The notes under the pieces are model-generated. The model saw only the letters and a program-made list of their open reading frames with translations, did no database searches and was not told the origin of the DNA. This document shows, one piece after another, positions 25,012 through 40,057 of a stretch of 64,000 nt of DNA. Every line of letters starts with the position of its first letter. Position 1 is the stretch's first letter. The DNA lies in NCBI GenBank assembly GCA_965153455.1, contig OZ234493.1, forward strand, positions 18,032,213 to 18,096,212, in the 5' to 3' direction. The position numbers were made by a program, and so were the translations under genes. This DNA comes from Sphagnum compactum. Taxonomy: Eukaryota.

Positions 25012-27974
25012 CAATGAAAGATTGACGAACAACTTGTTCAACAACCCCTTCAGTCTTTGTGCCCTGGGCAAGCCACCTTGTTATGCGAATCATGGCCTGC
25101 AACATAATCTGTGGCCCAGCTCCTTGTACTGAGTCTGACCCTTGCTGCAACAGACCAATATAACAACATGATCAGCTGTATGGTTGTAAAAAACAGTCGC
25201 AGTGAAGCTGAATGCCGCTGTCCCTTGAAAATAAGCAAGATACAATAATATGCTGCAAGGACATTACCTCTCCCATGTCAAAGAGGGCCCCATGTGGATA
25301 CCGCTTTCATCTAGAAGAGAAGATGGTTCTCTGCATGTGTCCAATAGAGCCCATAATGCACAAAATGATGATGCTAGATTGTCCAGCCTACTTGCAAACA
25401 CAATTTTTTCACGTGCACCTCCCACACAACCAGGTTGCGTGTCATACACATTCAGCTCGAAGTCTGCAACCTCCATCACATCACAGTTGAGCTCCTCAGC
25501 TAACACCTGCAATTCCTTCCAACTACCTTCCCTTGTTGAGAGCCATGCCTGAATTTTCCTGCTAGGCCATAGAGTCCCCTTCCTCTTCCATCAGCCTTGG
25601 CCTTTGCTGCAGTGATATAGGCTTTAACTTAGGGTCTGACAAAATAAGGATTGCACCGTTTCATGCCTCTTTTCAATCTTGGTTTGGTATGGCACAGAGA
25701 TGAACATTTCAACAGACAGGAAAAGTCCTGAACTGAATAGCATAGGCCCATTTCCTCATTAGATGCAGTGTTGGAGTTCCAAGTAAGATATTAGAAAATT
25801 GTCGAAACTCACTTGCACTCCCTGAACACATAGCCAAGTTGGAAGACACAAGGTACCCCCAAACACCTCCACTGTGGATAGACAACAGCATCCACTCATT
25901 GTGGGATTACCTGTATCAAAAGAAGGTGATGTGGAGTTCTATTTTGAGGATAGACATGACCTATGCGCTCAAGATGTTCCACAGGCATTGATGACTCTAA
26001 ATCATATGGCACCGTCAGTTCTGACTCAATTTGGATAACCAAAATAGGTGCAAACTGTGCATCCATTTCAGCCTTGCCATCTTCAATTGCTAGACCACTG
26101 GAAATAGTATCATGACAAATATGAAATCAATGCAAGCAGAGAGAGGCATACAATTCTGCATCTATATAAGGCTTGTAACTCAGAACAATTGACCTTTGTC
26201 TAATGTCAGGTTTACTAAGGAGAAGTCTAAAAGTCTCTCAATACCTCCAGTCTCTCACAGATTCACCAAATATATCATCTTACAGAGTTCCCATTGCCCT
26301 GAACTTTACTTTTGCACACTTATTCAATATGGCCGGCTGTCAAGAGACAGACAGAGCAGATGGACCATTAGAATTTTATGTCCTCTGTCGCAGATTATGG
26401 ACAACATGCCCTACAACATAAGATCTGAAGAGAAAGAAAGTATTCAAACTCTCAGATAGATTTGGAAGAGAGGGGATGCGCAATATAGGTCGTCTGACTC
26501 TGACAAGTTCATGTACAAGCTTGCCATCTTTCCTTTGAAGCAAAACCCAACCTGCTACACTGAGGTCTCTGTCAAACCATGTATGCCACATCCCTGATCC
26601 ACAGGTCTTCACTTGAACATGCAAAAAGTTTCCGTTTGAGGAATGAGAGACTGGTGTCAACTTGGGACAGGGGCTGTCAGTGTGTGCAGCCACCACATGG
26701 AATCCATTGCCAGGCTTATATCTGCATTCACCAGTCAAAACTCCTAAAAAGGATGAGGAAGATATCCCAATTCAAAGACACTGTCTTCCATCATGATACG
26801 AATCAACCTTAGTATCACAATCAAGAAACTATGGGTAGGCAATGAGGGAACTTTGATATGTGAACACAGAAGCAAATTTTGTACAAAGAGGAAAAAACTC
26901 ACTAATTGTGAAGGGAGACATTTCGTGTGCTAAGCATGACTAAGGTCTCCCTTTTAGAGGTGGTGACTTTCCAACTATAGCAGGAGCAATGCGGTTGCCC
27001 CAAAAATCCCTCCCCCATGCCCCAAAAAAAACTCTTGACCCACAGATACCCATATAGTTTTTGGTGACTGGCTGACCCCATGATCCCTGCTCTAGCTCGA
27101 TTGGGTATGGTAGGTAATATCTAACATGGCCTAGTGGTGAATTGAAACCCCAACCACCTGCGAGGTGGCCATGAGTCCAACCATTTAGCTATTGCTTGAT
27201 GCTTATTATTTGCATGAAGTTCTGCATTAACAACATTGGAACAACATTCTGAGTACAATGGCTACACAACAGGGTGGAGACAATTGCAAAGTACAGTGTA
27301 TGCATTCAGGGCCCCTCAAAAAATCCAAGAGATTATAAAGTTCACTATAACAGAGGCTGGGGAGATGGTTTACTTGTGACCAATTGCGAAAGCAAATATG
27401 GAAGACATGTTACATATGAAGAAGTAGTGACCTCATGGCTGCAATGCCCATTCATCACACTCACTCAATTGCTGGAATCCCGCACCAAGCAAATGCCTCC
27501 TTGCCTCTGCTGGTTTTCATCCACACCTTCCTCTCAGTCACAATTATTGGTCTTCTAAAGGATCTTCATTAGTACCAAGGGTTTCTCCATACTTACATAT
27601 TGTCTTGTAGGATGTAACAGAATTGAAGAAAATAACAAGGTGTTCTTGCACTTTATGAAGTACATTAACATGAAGCTGCATTTACAGAGATGAGAATGCA
27701 TTTGTCATCAAGTCACAAAGACCCACTAAAGCATTGCAGAAAAGCACAGGAAAGATTTGGTGCATGAAGAATCATGTTGCAAAATTACCTCAAGAGTTCT
27801 AGCAGGATATAGTACCAACAACAGTAAGGACTTGTGGGAAAGATTGAGCTTTTTATTGCCACCTAAATTACTTTTACCTGTGCTTACCAGTGGCATGAAA
27901 TGGTGTGCAGGAGTGTTCACAAATTCAAGCAAATGAGGGATGATTGAAGCTTGCGATTGACAGCAATGAAGTCC
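25012..27974 (-). pseudogene. Aspartyl aminopeptidase (peptidase M18) pseudogene, 3'-truncated
   Basis: Exons encode 'SIIPHLLEFVN', 'AEARRHLLGAGFQQLSECDEWALQP*GHYFF..IFAFAIGHK' (TGA 27433-27435), 'YKPGNGFHVVAAHTDSPCPKL..WHTWFDRDLSVAG..PILRIPSL', 'VLAEELNC..DFELNVYDTQP..RLDNLASSFCAL' and 'GSDSVQGAG'. No C-terminal exons are recognisable below 25012. Confidence 0.9.
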
Positions 27975-28689
27975 CTGTACAGCCAAATCAATTTGTCCCA
28001 TAACAACTCAGACCATCAGCAATGACAAGGAGATTTGCACATTGAAACCCACACCCAATGCAAAAGAACAGAACTATCTCTCCCCTCTATTGCTCCCTCT
28101 ACTCTCTGCATTAAAAATGTAGTCAGCATACTTCTGTTTGCCAGGCTTTGGTATCTACAGTGCAACTACAATCAATGGCAAGTTGATCCCCAGGTTACTG
28201 AATATGGAGTATGGCATTTTTTCTAAAACCTTTGAGAATAGAGAAAATAACTAGTTCAATTTTGACAGCATACAAATCTGTAAGGGATAACAAAATCACA
28301 TTTTATTCCAGGGAAAAGTTTATAGTGACCTCCTCCCACAGACCTCCTCTACTAAATTCATGGCATGCCAAGGTGCCTCCACTTAAAACCCTCCTGCCAT
28401 CTTTAGCTGCTCATCCATCAGGTAGCAACTAGCAACCTGGTGATGGCGTATTGTAGCAATTCAGGTAGGTTTAGGGTTCACAACACTTTTTTGATTGTTT
28501 TTTTCTTGAGAATGTACAAGATATGCATTCTCAAGACCAGTGTCTGCATTCTTGATAATCCTGACACTGATGAGGATCCACAACGATCGAGATGATCAAA
28601 AGCATCCATGGCCAATCCATCCAATCACTAAACAGTAACAATTGATGGCACTGTTGATCAGATGTAAAGAACTAAATGGCATCCAACCT

Positions 28690-29030
28690 TTGGATTGTGG
28701 AGGGTGGGAGATTGAACATATTGGATTTTTTTTGTTGGTTTCAATGTATTCCCATGAAGTTCCCATCAAGTTTTTAATGTGTTCTCAACATGTTCCCCAA
28801 ATTCTCAATGTGTTCATCAACATGTTCCCAATGGCTTTTCATTTTACCCCATATCCTTTGCCCTAAATTCTACTCTTGTAACCTATGTAAGCAGCCCAAA
28901 GGAGATTTCAACATACATATTTTGGGAGAGTCCAAAGGTTGATTACTTTTATTTTGTGCTGGGCTGATCAATGATGCCCATCACAAATAACCCAAAAAAA
29001 AAGTGCTTCTAAGGTTCCCACAACTAATTG
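28690..29030. repeat. Interspersed repeat family (ATGTTCCC/ATGTTCTC-rich)
   Basis: Related copies at ~34080-34250 and, inverted, at ~46170-46440. Confidence 0.6.
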
Positions 29031-32000
29031 ATACGAGTGACAATATGGGATATTGGTGCCCTTTGCTGCCATGCCAGCAGACAACATAACCTGGCTAGAT
29101 TTGCCCTTATGTTTTGCAGCCTTATTATCTGCAATCATCTACAGAAATAATAACACAAACAACAATAACTAAAGCCATGCTACTATTTTTCTAGTGTTGC
29201 AGCAAGGCATGTTATAAAGATTTTTAGTTTAGAAATCGAACAATGCCTCCACAAAATGACAGAGCTTTCTATTTTTAAAAAGTTACTACTTGCCAGGTCC
29301 TCATTGAGTTATCACCAAAATTTTCTAAAAGAATGATGGAGTTTACATGGAGTAAGATATCTTTTATTTTTTTAAAAATTTGTGAGTTCCAAAGTTTGAT
29401 AAAATTTTGGCCATATTTTAGCTTTTTCAAATTACCCTAAGAATAATTCCCAAAAATGTCTTTATATTTTGTAAAGTATTGAAAAAGGTGAACATGCTAG
29501 TTGTTAACCCTTAAAGGATGCATTGGCAAATTGAAAAAACATATTTCCCTATCTAGTTACCACATTACATATAAATTGCATGAAAAGTTTAAAACACAAC
29601 ATTCTTGGAAGAAAGAAGATTTTTCCCCTTGAGTGAATACTACCTTTCAAAGGTAGCCTCCAAATATACATGGAAATTTCTCGGCAGGTTCCTCAAATTT
29701 AAAGCTCCTACAGAAAGAGACCAATATTGTGCCATTTCAATACATTGTAATTTCCAATGTTGTACAGTTATTTGATTTTTAAAAAAAACAGCGATTCTAG
29801 CTTTTAACAAAATTGATAATAAAAAAACCATTTTTTATTATTTTAAAAAATCACAATTAGAGAATTATTGGTTTTGGTTACATTGAAAGTATAAAATAAT
29901 CTACAGTTTTCATGAAATAACCTGTAAATAACCAAGCAGTAAGAAAGTTGCATTTTTTGTTTATTCAAAAATATTGAAACCCAAGGTTCTATACAAAAGC
30001 CATTTTTTATTTTTAATTAAATAATATGATTTAAAAAAAATATTCAAATTATTTTCCATAATATCATAACAATAGATGTACTTTAGAATTATTTAAGTTT
30101 TGTTATAAAAAAACCTTTTTGGGAACTCACATGACCCAAAGGAACTAAAAGAATCCACTAAATAATGTGATTTTGTTAAAAAATAATTCAAAATGTTTTC
30201 CATAATATCATAACAGTAAATTTACTTTCAAATCGCAGTTAATTACCTTTCTTGGAAAGAAAGGAACCAAGGGAACGATTCCTCCTAGTTCCTTTAGGTC
30301 AATGGTTGTTTTCAATGGTTGTTCCATTAGTAAAAACTAGCCGACCCAAGAACAACAACAATTGACCTCTCTATGTTATTGGCACATCTACCTTAGCTTC
30401 TCAGTTCCATGAACAAAACCTCTATCACATGGTGATTATTGGCCTCCCATCATTGGCATATCTATCTGGGAATCCGAATTGTCAAAAGGACGACAAGTGT
30501 CAAGGGCGGGGGCAAGGGGAGCAAAGCTGTGATGATGTCCTCACAACGCCCAATCTCCTCATAAATAGTGGTTTGTTAGCAATTTCGAATCGTCAGTAGG
30601 ACTGCAGGTGTCAAGCCGGGGGGAGTGTTACATTACTGCTATCGACAAGTGCGAAGGAGCTGGGTGTGAAGCAATCTAATTTTTTACATTTGAAATTTCG
30701 CCAAAAACATTCATACTTTAGCTCTTTATTTTTTGATAAAGGCAATCCTAATACAAAATTAAATTATACGTACTAAATTTAGCCCCAGGATTTTATCGAG
30801 GGGCTGGAAAACTGTTGTAGGTTTGAGCAAGTAGTCAGAAGGGCCAGTTTCCATGTCTTCAACCCATTGTCCAACCACAATTAGTTTGGTCAACTTATGG
30901 CCCCACCTTTTTCAATGCCTTTCATTTGACCTCCATTCTGGTTTTACAAAAACATTTGCTCAAAAAATTCCCATGGGTGTTGTAGGAGGGCAAGGATCAC
31001 CAAAACTACGGTTGTGCTCTCCCTTATCACCTTGTTAGTGGGAAGTTAATAGTTAATACAAATGTAAAGCATCCTATTGACATCCTTAAACATTCTAGGT
31101 GACCTATTAGAACCTACTGTTAAAATATGACAATTTGAGGAAAAATTTCCTTGAAACTAGATATTTACTTTTTACCAAGATCCTTATATGAATTGCAGTG
31201 CATTTGATATTTTTCACCAAGAGACAATATATTGCCAAAAACCAAATGCTGGTTGGTTGCTTGGTATTCAATATCCCCATGTCTTGGGGTTATTTGATGA
31301 CCTCTATTATAGATGGGCTGGCTATGTTATATAACAATTCAGAAACCAAAGTGATGACTTGAACAAATCAAGTTTTTTCATTTCAAAATATTTGTTAAAT
31401 TTTTCTTAAGAATTGAGCATGAACCATTTATGATATCTATTAATAACCTCCTCCTAAACAATGTAGGACAAGTATTAAATGCATTTGAAAACTTGGATTG
31501 AACCTTTGAAGTCAATCACTTTCAAGAATAAGATAAAATATCTAAGGAAGGTAGTTTATTTGTTCTCATTGTTTTGTTTGAGGAAGGTAGTTTATTCGTT
31601 TTAATTGTATTGTTTGTTTGTTTGTTAGGTTGAGATTTCCCAAACCTCATGGGCAAAGATGTTGGATTTTGTGGTACCCTTATACCATTGGGAAGCTCTC
31701 AATGAGTAGAGGTGCACTGAGGTGGTTTGATGGTGTTTACACTTGCAGTTCAGGAGTTATTGAATATTGAACAAATTTCTAGAACAAGTCAACAAAATCA
31801 TATATACATATAAGTAAGGAAATTGTAGCAAACTCTTGGTACTATTGGAAAGCTCTTGATGAGTGCGATTTCTTGGGGGTGATTTCATCATTTTAAAACC
31901 TACGATGAGGTGGATATTGAGTTTTGCATTATTTTCAATACTGGAAATTAATTTAAATTTTGAAATATTTTGTTGCCAATTTATTTATTTTTCATCCCTG

Positions 32001-35000
32001 AGCTATAGCCAAATTTGGTTGAATACTCTTGTGGATGATCGCCACTTTGGCATCAAAAATTTTGATTAAAAAAAAACCCTCCTTGGGAGAAAAAAACGCT
32101 CTAGTTCCATTGCCATCAAAAGTCTTCACAAACCCAATCATCCCTTCCCTTGAAAACCTCCTAACATCCAACAAATGAATTATTGGCAAGTCACCTCTAA
32201 GGGGATGGTGGATGACAAATATAGTTTTGGTCGCTTATTAATCCATAGTACATAGTTTTAAAATCATGTAAGATACCCTAGCACCGAGGTAAGGAGCTTC
32301 ACCTTACACCAAAAAACCAATGTTTTTCCCAATGTTGCAGTTATTTGAATTTATAGCTGCCTTGGTTATTGTGGCCAATGCCAAAACTATGTTTGCCCTT
32401 TGAAGCTGGCTAGCCCAAAACAACAACCAAGTTGGGATATTACTAGGACATAAGATGGAGGTGGAATGGTGTGAGAATTTTGTTCTCATGGTTTTCATTT
32501 TTGTAGGCGAAGATTTGTTTTCACATACCTATGTAGTTGATGTTGCACCAACATTGTAATACCAATTCCCAGGATCAAAAATACTGCATGATGCATAGTA
32601 GCACCCAAAGGGCTGGGGTTTGATCCCAAAATCTATTCTTTGAAGGCAAATATCATATGTTGGCCTATTGACCCCCACGGTCCTCCAGCTGATGACCATT
32701 CATAAAAATGGATATATACACTTATTTGGACCCCTTTTGATTCACTGTGTTCTATGTGGCCTTTCCCCAAAAATAGTGGTTTTTGAAACTTTTGCATAAG
32801 AATCCCAACTATTTGGGTGGGGAAAGGGAAAATTAGTGAGACCATGGCGACTCGTGGAAACATGCCATAATTAAGCCTGTAATTTCATGTTCCGCACTCC
32901 CACTTATTTGGACCACTAAAATATACACCCATAGTTCATGCCCTTGCCAATGGGGTAGGCTAAAAATGGCAAAGAACCGCAACATATTGATGCATCCCAT
33001 CTTCAAAATGATTATTTTGATTCTTATATATATAAATTTAAGTCCCATATGCCACAATGGAATTGGGTGAAGTCGCAATATTTTGAAATTCATTTGCATT
33101 TTGTCAACATTACGTTATTTATGATATTCTAATCCTTGATTTTCACATGCCATTTTCCAAATTAACTTGATGATGCCTTGGCTTTCATTATTGCAATGCT
33201 TGAAATTTGAATATGATGTTATGTGGCCTAATCATAAAAAGGAAAGAAAACTTGGAGTAGTCACTACACCATTATTTCAAAAATTTATAATTGTCATTTT
33301 TTTACAACAAATTGGGGAGTTTTTTTCTAGTTTAAAATCAACTAATTTCTGTTCATTGCTAGGTTATTTTTGTGAATTTGCAAAATAATTGACAATTCAA
33401 AAAAAAATAGAGCATTATACCATACCTCTAAAACACCATGAGAAATGGTTGTTCTTGTAAAGATTTGAGATATGCATAACCAGTGAACCTAACTGACTCA
33501 TATATAAAATAGTAAAAGGACCTTAATTTTCACAAGGGACCTATCTTCTTAGTTTATCCTCTCCTAAACAACCCACCCCCCCCCCCCCCCCCCCCGGGCG
33601 GTGTGCCACTCCGTTGAGCTATGCATAGCACAACAACCGACCTTTCCACGGCTATCTTGGTCAATCAAGTTGTTTGAGCCTAGTTGTATAGTTGTACCTG
33701 CCTGTGTACAACCTAAGTAACATGGGTTGCACGCCCCCCTCTTTACATCTTTTTAATGGGTTTTTACTCATCTCCATTAATGGTGGTGGACTAGACAGGC
33801 AGGGAATCCTTCCCTCTATCCTCCCTGGCTTTTCTGTTGTAGCCAAAGTGATAATGAACAATATAGCACAATATTTCACCAAATTTGGTTACAAGCTAAA
33901 TAAATATGGTTAAATACGGTGTGCTTTGTAGATGAGATTAGGTGAAGCAAAAAAATTGGTGACATCCATGTCTAGGAATAGAATATGTATGGAGCAAATG
34001 ACAAGATTGGACATAGACCCCGGAGGGTTCATCATTTTTCTTTTAGGGGAGGAGAAGGAGTGGGTGGGATTAGAAAATTTCTTGTGTTCCATTATGTTCC
34101 TATTGGTGTTCCCCATGTTCCCAATGGGTTCCTCATAAAATCCCTCAAGTTCTTAATAGTGCCTCACTTCATCCGATATCCTTTGCCCAAAGGTTTTCCC
34201 TTTCTCACCTATATGGCTCAATCAAAGGGGAGGCACTCCATACTCACATGAAAATGGGATTAGGGTAGGTAGGGGCAAGGATTGTTTGTTGGGTGGTGCA
34301 CTTCTGTCTAGGTGGGTGTGCATGAGCCTCAGCCAGTCGGTCAAGAAGGTACTTTCTAAATTTGGAGTTAACATACATTTGGAACACTTCTCTTATTTTA
34401 TGGTTGTTTCCTCTTCAGATTTTTTTCGCATATGCTTTCGGTAATGTTGGATTGTCATCTATAAATTAAAAATGATTTGTCACATGGAATCCACTAACTT
34501 TTTATTATGGGGAATGGGGTCACAAAGATGCTTATAATGGGGGCTACCCAATGTTTTTAAATGTCTGATGATGGGGCCAATCAAGATGGCTCATTCAAAG
34601 GAAATTAAAATAACTTTGGGTGCTTATCTCAATAAATAATATCAACAATATACACACAATTTTTAAATGTTGGTTAATGTTGAATCATTGTCCATGTACA
34701 TGTTCTTCCCATTTTTGTTCTCCTTTTGCAAGGGTGTTTTTTTTTGGTAGGGGTAAGGGGCGGAGGGTTTTCATGATGGGGGCGAAGCAACTGGGAAATT
34801 CAAGAAAATATTAAGAATGGAAAGTTATTATTACTCGGTGGACAACTTCTTTTGGAACTAGAACTGTTGGAGGTGAACCTGTTTCTTTTGGCACTCGAAA
34901 CAAGATGTAAATTAACTTTTGAACCGAAATTAAGTTAGTTGGATTCTAATCACAAGGAACAAAGAACATTATAATTTTGCAACTTGCAAAGAACTGTTCT

Positions 35001-37812
35001 TGGTTGTTATGTTGCCTTTGCCCTTGGGGGGGGGGAGGGACTACAAACTGACACATAATTCTTGTTGTCCTTTTATACATTAATTTTATCTAGTGCCCAT
35101 TGTTTTAATGGTCGTATACAATTAAGTTGAAATTTACTTGGGGATGTATTTTGCACCTTTCTTTTGGGGCTTGCTCTTGCTCTGTTGAATCGCAATCCTA
35201 ATATTATGCTTGCTGTCAAAAAAAATAATCGGAGCTTGGATCATACCTTATTTCATAAGTCCAGCTGTTGGCAAGTCTTGCTTTGGTCACAGGCTGCACG
35301 GACTCATCGACCTCCATAACGATCGTGGTTTAGGGTGTGTTGCAGGTTGCCATTAGCAATGGTGATTTTTCCTCTGAAGGTATGTAAGGATAGTTGCTTG
35401 ATATATGCCATGTGGTTTATCTTCATAGCTATGTGAAACTTTTTCGCCACACAGGCTTTCACAAGATTAACTTGCTCATGAATTTGCAAGCTCTTTTCAC
35501 ATTTTGCTCAAGACGAACATGTGATGTCTGTAGGAAGTAAGGTGGTTGTGCAATGTGAGAGCTATTTATTCCTCTCAGGTCAAGGATGTCCACAAAAGGG
35601 TTAGGCATTTTTTTTTGCTTGTGACTTGGGCCTTGTTACTTAATTAGGGTTTGTCTGGTGGAACACTTTGCATTGTAGGGGCTATTCAATTACTAGGATT
35701 TTGTGTCTGTGTTGGTAGCGGGCCAAACAAGCATCCACTAGAGTGGTAGTCTGAAGAAGGTTGGTTGGTTTTTATGCTCCAGCTTCAATCCAAGTTTGAT
35801 CAAAGTGATGCTTATGTAAAGATTTACTAATCACTTGTTCTTTGAGGTAGCCCGACATATTTTGTCGATAATATTCTGCAACTGTGCAGGATCTGGGCGG
35901 ATGCAACTTATAGTGTACTGTGTGTGCAAGTTTTTTATGATTATTTCACAGACTAGAAGGTATGGCGTATTTGGTAGTGACTCATTGTTGTCAAGGTAAT
36001 TACTGACAAATCAACTTTTGAGTCCTTTTTCCTTTGTCTTCTTCATCTATCATAGAAACAAAAGAGTGTGGTTTTTGCATACAATAATGAACTGCCCAAA
36101 CACTAATTACAATTTGACCAAGAACTTTGGGTTTTTCTACTATTCGCTTAATATATGTACCTTCACAGAAGTATCCTATTAGCCATATCCATCTTTTTTC
36201 CTCTCTTCCACCACAGCTTATCTGTAACAAACTGCATCTAAGTTTGATCAAGAATGAATTGTTGGTGTTTTTGCTCTTGCTTATATTATGCTGCTTCAAA
36301 TCTTTTGTAACTAATCAAATGAGTTTGTAGTAGCTTAGAAACCCCTTGTCCTTTACCTTGAGCTACTATTAGTTTTATATTGTCTATTGTGTAGATTGGC
36401 CATCTCATGCATTGAGAAGCTTTTCACAGGATCAAGAGGAGGAATCCTCGAAGTGACCTTTTACAAAAAAAATGATCAATTCTAAAATTAGTGTCGAACT
36501 TGGATCCAATGATGGGCACTTTGTAATGGTAGTGATATGGTTGTCATGTATGTTTACAACAAGTAACATGGTGGCCCTACTAAAGCTGTTTTGGTCAATT
36601 CTAGGTGCAGACAATGGAGTTACAGTAGTCCTCAGCTTTCCAGGTATCTCATCTCCAGCATATGTCTACTCATGACACTATTTGCAATAATTTTTTAATT
36701 TTTTAAATTCTCATTAGTGCAATTACCAATTTTTTGCATTACATAACTTGTGTACCTATCAAAACTTATTTACAAACTAGTGGTTGAAGAAAGAAAGGTG
36801 ACAACAAAACTGCTATCCAATTGGATAGAGGAGAATTGTTTGCAGTGTTGAGTGTATGTGAAGGAATGGACTATTTTGCCATGTATAATGGTGGTTGTGT
36901 GTTCAGGTTGAAGCAATAGGCTCAAAGATGGTTGGCAAGTATCCAACATCCAGCAAGAATATTGGTAAATCCTATAACAAGCTAAAGGAAAAAGTCAAGA
37001 ACGAGGTGAGTCTAGCATATTCTAAATTGAGTGCAATTAAACAAATTCAACCCCCCCCCCCCCCCCCCCCCCCTTGCCACCAATTTAGAGAATTTCAAGA
37101 CCACTAATCTCTATATACTTATCTACCCCCACTGTCAGGAGCTGATGAAGTCAGTGGGTACCAATGGCAGCTGGTTGCCACCATGCATCTAATACTTTGT
37201 GGGTGACACTTGCAAGGTTATGGTTGCACTCATTCTTCTTGTGTTTGTTTTAGCCTGGCTGGAACTGATACACAGTGATGTTCAAAGTGTTTTTGTGGAG
37301 TTTTCTCTGCAATGTTACAGAGATTTTAGTTCACACTTGTATTGAAGATATCTGGCCTTGATTCTTATCAGCTTTTACTTGGATGTCAGGAAGCATGTGA
37401 ATCCATGAATGTTGTGGCTGTTTCATGAATCCATGACATCCACCTTGGCCCCTTTGCATGAAGGGCAGGCAGTTATGAGCTGAAGAGAAGATGCTATTTC
37501 ACAATCAAAGAATGTTGAAAAACTACTGACAGTGAGAAGTCCCTAATTTTCTTTTGTTTAGTTTTGAGTCTAGAGGCTATCTGCTGAGTGCAAAAGGAAA
37601 TGTGTTGTTAGTGTTATTGTCCATGTGACTTGGTCAACAATATGCAGTGCAATTGTATTTTGTACTCTTCTTTGTGATTGCGTGTAACTGCTTTCTGGTG
37701 TACATGGTGTCTAACCAACTCTAAAAAAGGAAGAACGATCATGCTCCCATTCCAGGTGAAGGCATTAAAAGTGACATAAATGCCTGTTATTGGTGGGACG
37801 AATTTTGAGCAG

Positions 37813-40057
37813 ACTCGGGCCGAGCAGATTGCTGCTCAGCTGGAGATGGGGCATTTGGAAATTGACACAAATGAGGCTACCCGCCCTCCATCACCCCCTC
37901 CTATCTATGACTCTAATGGACAGCGCACCAACACTCAAGAGGTCAGTTTCACTGTTCTATTCAGGATTGCAAACTGTTGTCAGCATTGGTCCATTGCTTT
38001 GGGGTATTTCAACTTTGGTCTGGGGTAATCCATTCACTCTAGGGTAAGTGCAAAATTGGGAAGATTAATCTATCTCAGTTCTGGCTTATCTCTGCTAGTT
38101 GGTATGACCTTCATGTATATTGTCAGTCTTGAACCATAAGAGTTCTGGGGGCCTATGTTAGAAAGGGCTCTTGTGGATGCATTATGTCCCTATGCTTGTA
38201 GGAGGAGAGTGCTGAGTTGTGGGTAGATGGTGGTTATGAATGTTTCCAGGGAAGAAGACGGGAACAAATGGAGATAGAAAGGCGAGAGGTGATTGGTATA
38301 CTCTCACAAATCTGTTCTGTCTCCTTGGATTAAAGAGGCTTGGTTCATGTCATAGAGCACAATTGTACCATTTCTTCTCACATGGAATGGAAGACTGCAG
38401 GTGAATGTATGTTATTTCATCCTTCTTACAAGCCACCAGCAGGGTACAAACCACTACAAAGAAGCCAAGCTCTTCATTCCGGTGAGCAATGAACAGTTGT
38501 GGCAGAGATTCTCTTTGGTCTTTGAATGGGTATGTGAATTATGAACATTATGAATTTGGAGGTGTTGTCTCCTGTTGTGGGGTGTGCAGGTGAAGGACTA
38601 TCCAGGCTACAACTTCATAGGTCTCATACTTGGGCCACGTGGAAACACTCAGAAGCGCATGGAGGCAGTAAGAATCTAGAAAATTGGCAATTAAATTGTC
38701 AAGATATAGGTTACAGATACTTATTGCCAAACAGAATCTTCAAGAGTTTTCAAACTAGAATGACCCCTCTTTTGTCCAGCAGATATATGTATTCAAAAGT
38801 AGGCAAGCAGCAGACATGAAGTTGTGTAGCTTAAGATAATTTGTGTGCATATTCATGGCAGGAGAAAGGGACCAAAATTGCAATTCTTACTGCCCATGAG
38901 CCAAGGTGGTGATATAATAATGATTTCAACAGACTCTGAAATTTATCCTTGATCAAAACAATGCTTATTTGGAGGAAAGTCATATATGTTGTAGGCAAGG
39001 GTTTCCTGCCCACTTCTTTTACTGCATTTTATAGTGCTCAGAACTGGTATGTTGCAGCAACAACCCCAGCAAGTAGGCCGTCCTGATATAAAAGATGCAG
39101 AGGGTGCTTTTGAAGATTTGCATGTACACATCACAGCAGACACCATTGAGAAAGTGGAAGCAGCTGTTGCACTCATTGAACCTCTACTGACACCTGTGGA
39201 TGTAAGCTACCATGTCTTGGCTGAAAAGTAGGGAGGGAATCTTGACATGTTGTGGAATTTTGTTGTTTGTGGGAAATTTCTTGAATGGCTGGATGTGTTT
39301 GAGAGGTGATTATAAACAGGTGTTTTCTGATCAATGTCTTGGTGTGATTGTGATCAGTTATATGGATATGGTAAGTTTTGAGTTTTGGATGTTCTCTTTG
39401 TTTTCCATCTGATTTTATCTCTGAGATGGTTGTCTTCCCTGTGCTGTGTAGGAGGACAGAAATACTCACAAGCGCAAGCAGCTTCAGGAGCTAGCAGAAA
39501 TGAATGGTAAAGTAGATTGCTCTCCCTCCCTAGCTTCATTGACTAGTTAATCTACTGACATCTTGGTAGGAATTCTTGGTCTGGAGAAGCTCCTGTAGTT
39601 GCTTGGTTTATAAGGTAAAACAGTTAGCTGCATCTTCCCTGGAGCTTCAGATGATACTTGTGCTTGTTTGTGGCAGGAACCATGCGAGATTTTGGGAAGG
39701 CATGTGCTGTTTGTGGAGAAACTGGGCATCGAGAATGGCAGTGTGACAAGGACAAGCTAGTAACATTCCAGTCAAAGGTACAGCTAGCATTGTTGTCAAA
39801 GTCTTACAACAGAGTTCATATTGCTCTTTTGCACTAGACCCCTTTGTCAAAACTTTATGAGCTTGAATGATGTCAGTGTATTCATCAGGCTACAAAGCTT
39901 TAGTGAACCTTTCTTTGTATATATGTTGATGGGTGATTTGCAGGTTTGTTGTTGGGTGGTTGGGTGTTGGGTATCCTCAGGTGTCTTGCCAAATTTGTGG
40001 AGATGGTGGTCATCCAACCATCGATTGCCCACAGAAACATTCTGGCACTGATCTTGG
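37813..40057 (+). pseudogene. Splicing factor 1/branchpoint-bridging protein-like (KH-QUA2 plus two CCHC knuckles) pseudogene, apparently truncated
   Basis: Exons 37813-37941 (RPPSPPPIYDSNGQRTNT), 38250-38295, 38401-38481 (frameshift before EAKLFIP), 38590-38667 ([26 protein letters not shown]), ~39050-39201 (EDLHVHITAD..VEAAVALIEPLLTPVD), 39452-39506 (HKRKQLQELAEMNG), 39677-39777 (CAVCGETGHREWQC) and 39981-40057 (CQICGDGGHPTIDC). Confidence 0.85.

Noticed and set aside
32550-33100. Coding-like minus-strand fragments (e.g. HFYEWSSAGGPWG)
   Set aside because: There are multiple stops and no recognisable family, so no call can be supported.
33576-37073. Long poly-C tracts (~33576-33595, ~37050-37073) and the polyproline ORF 36895-37107
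   Set aside because: These are simple homopolymers of unreliable length, and the ORF has no other support.
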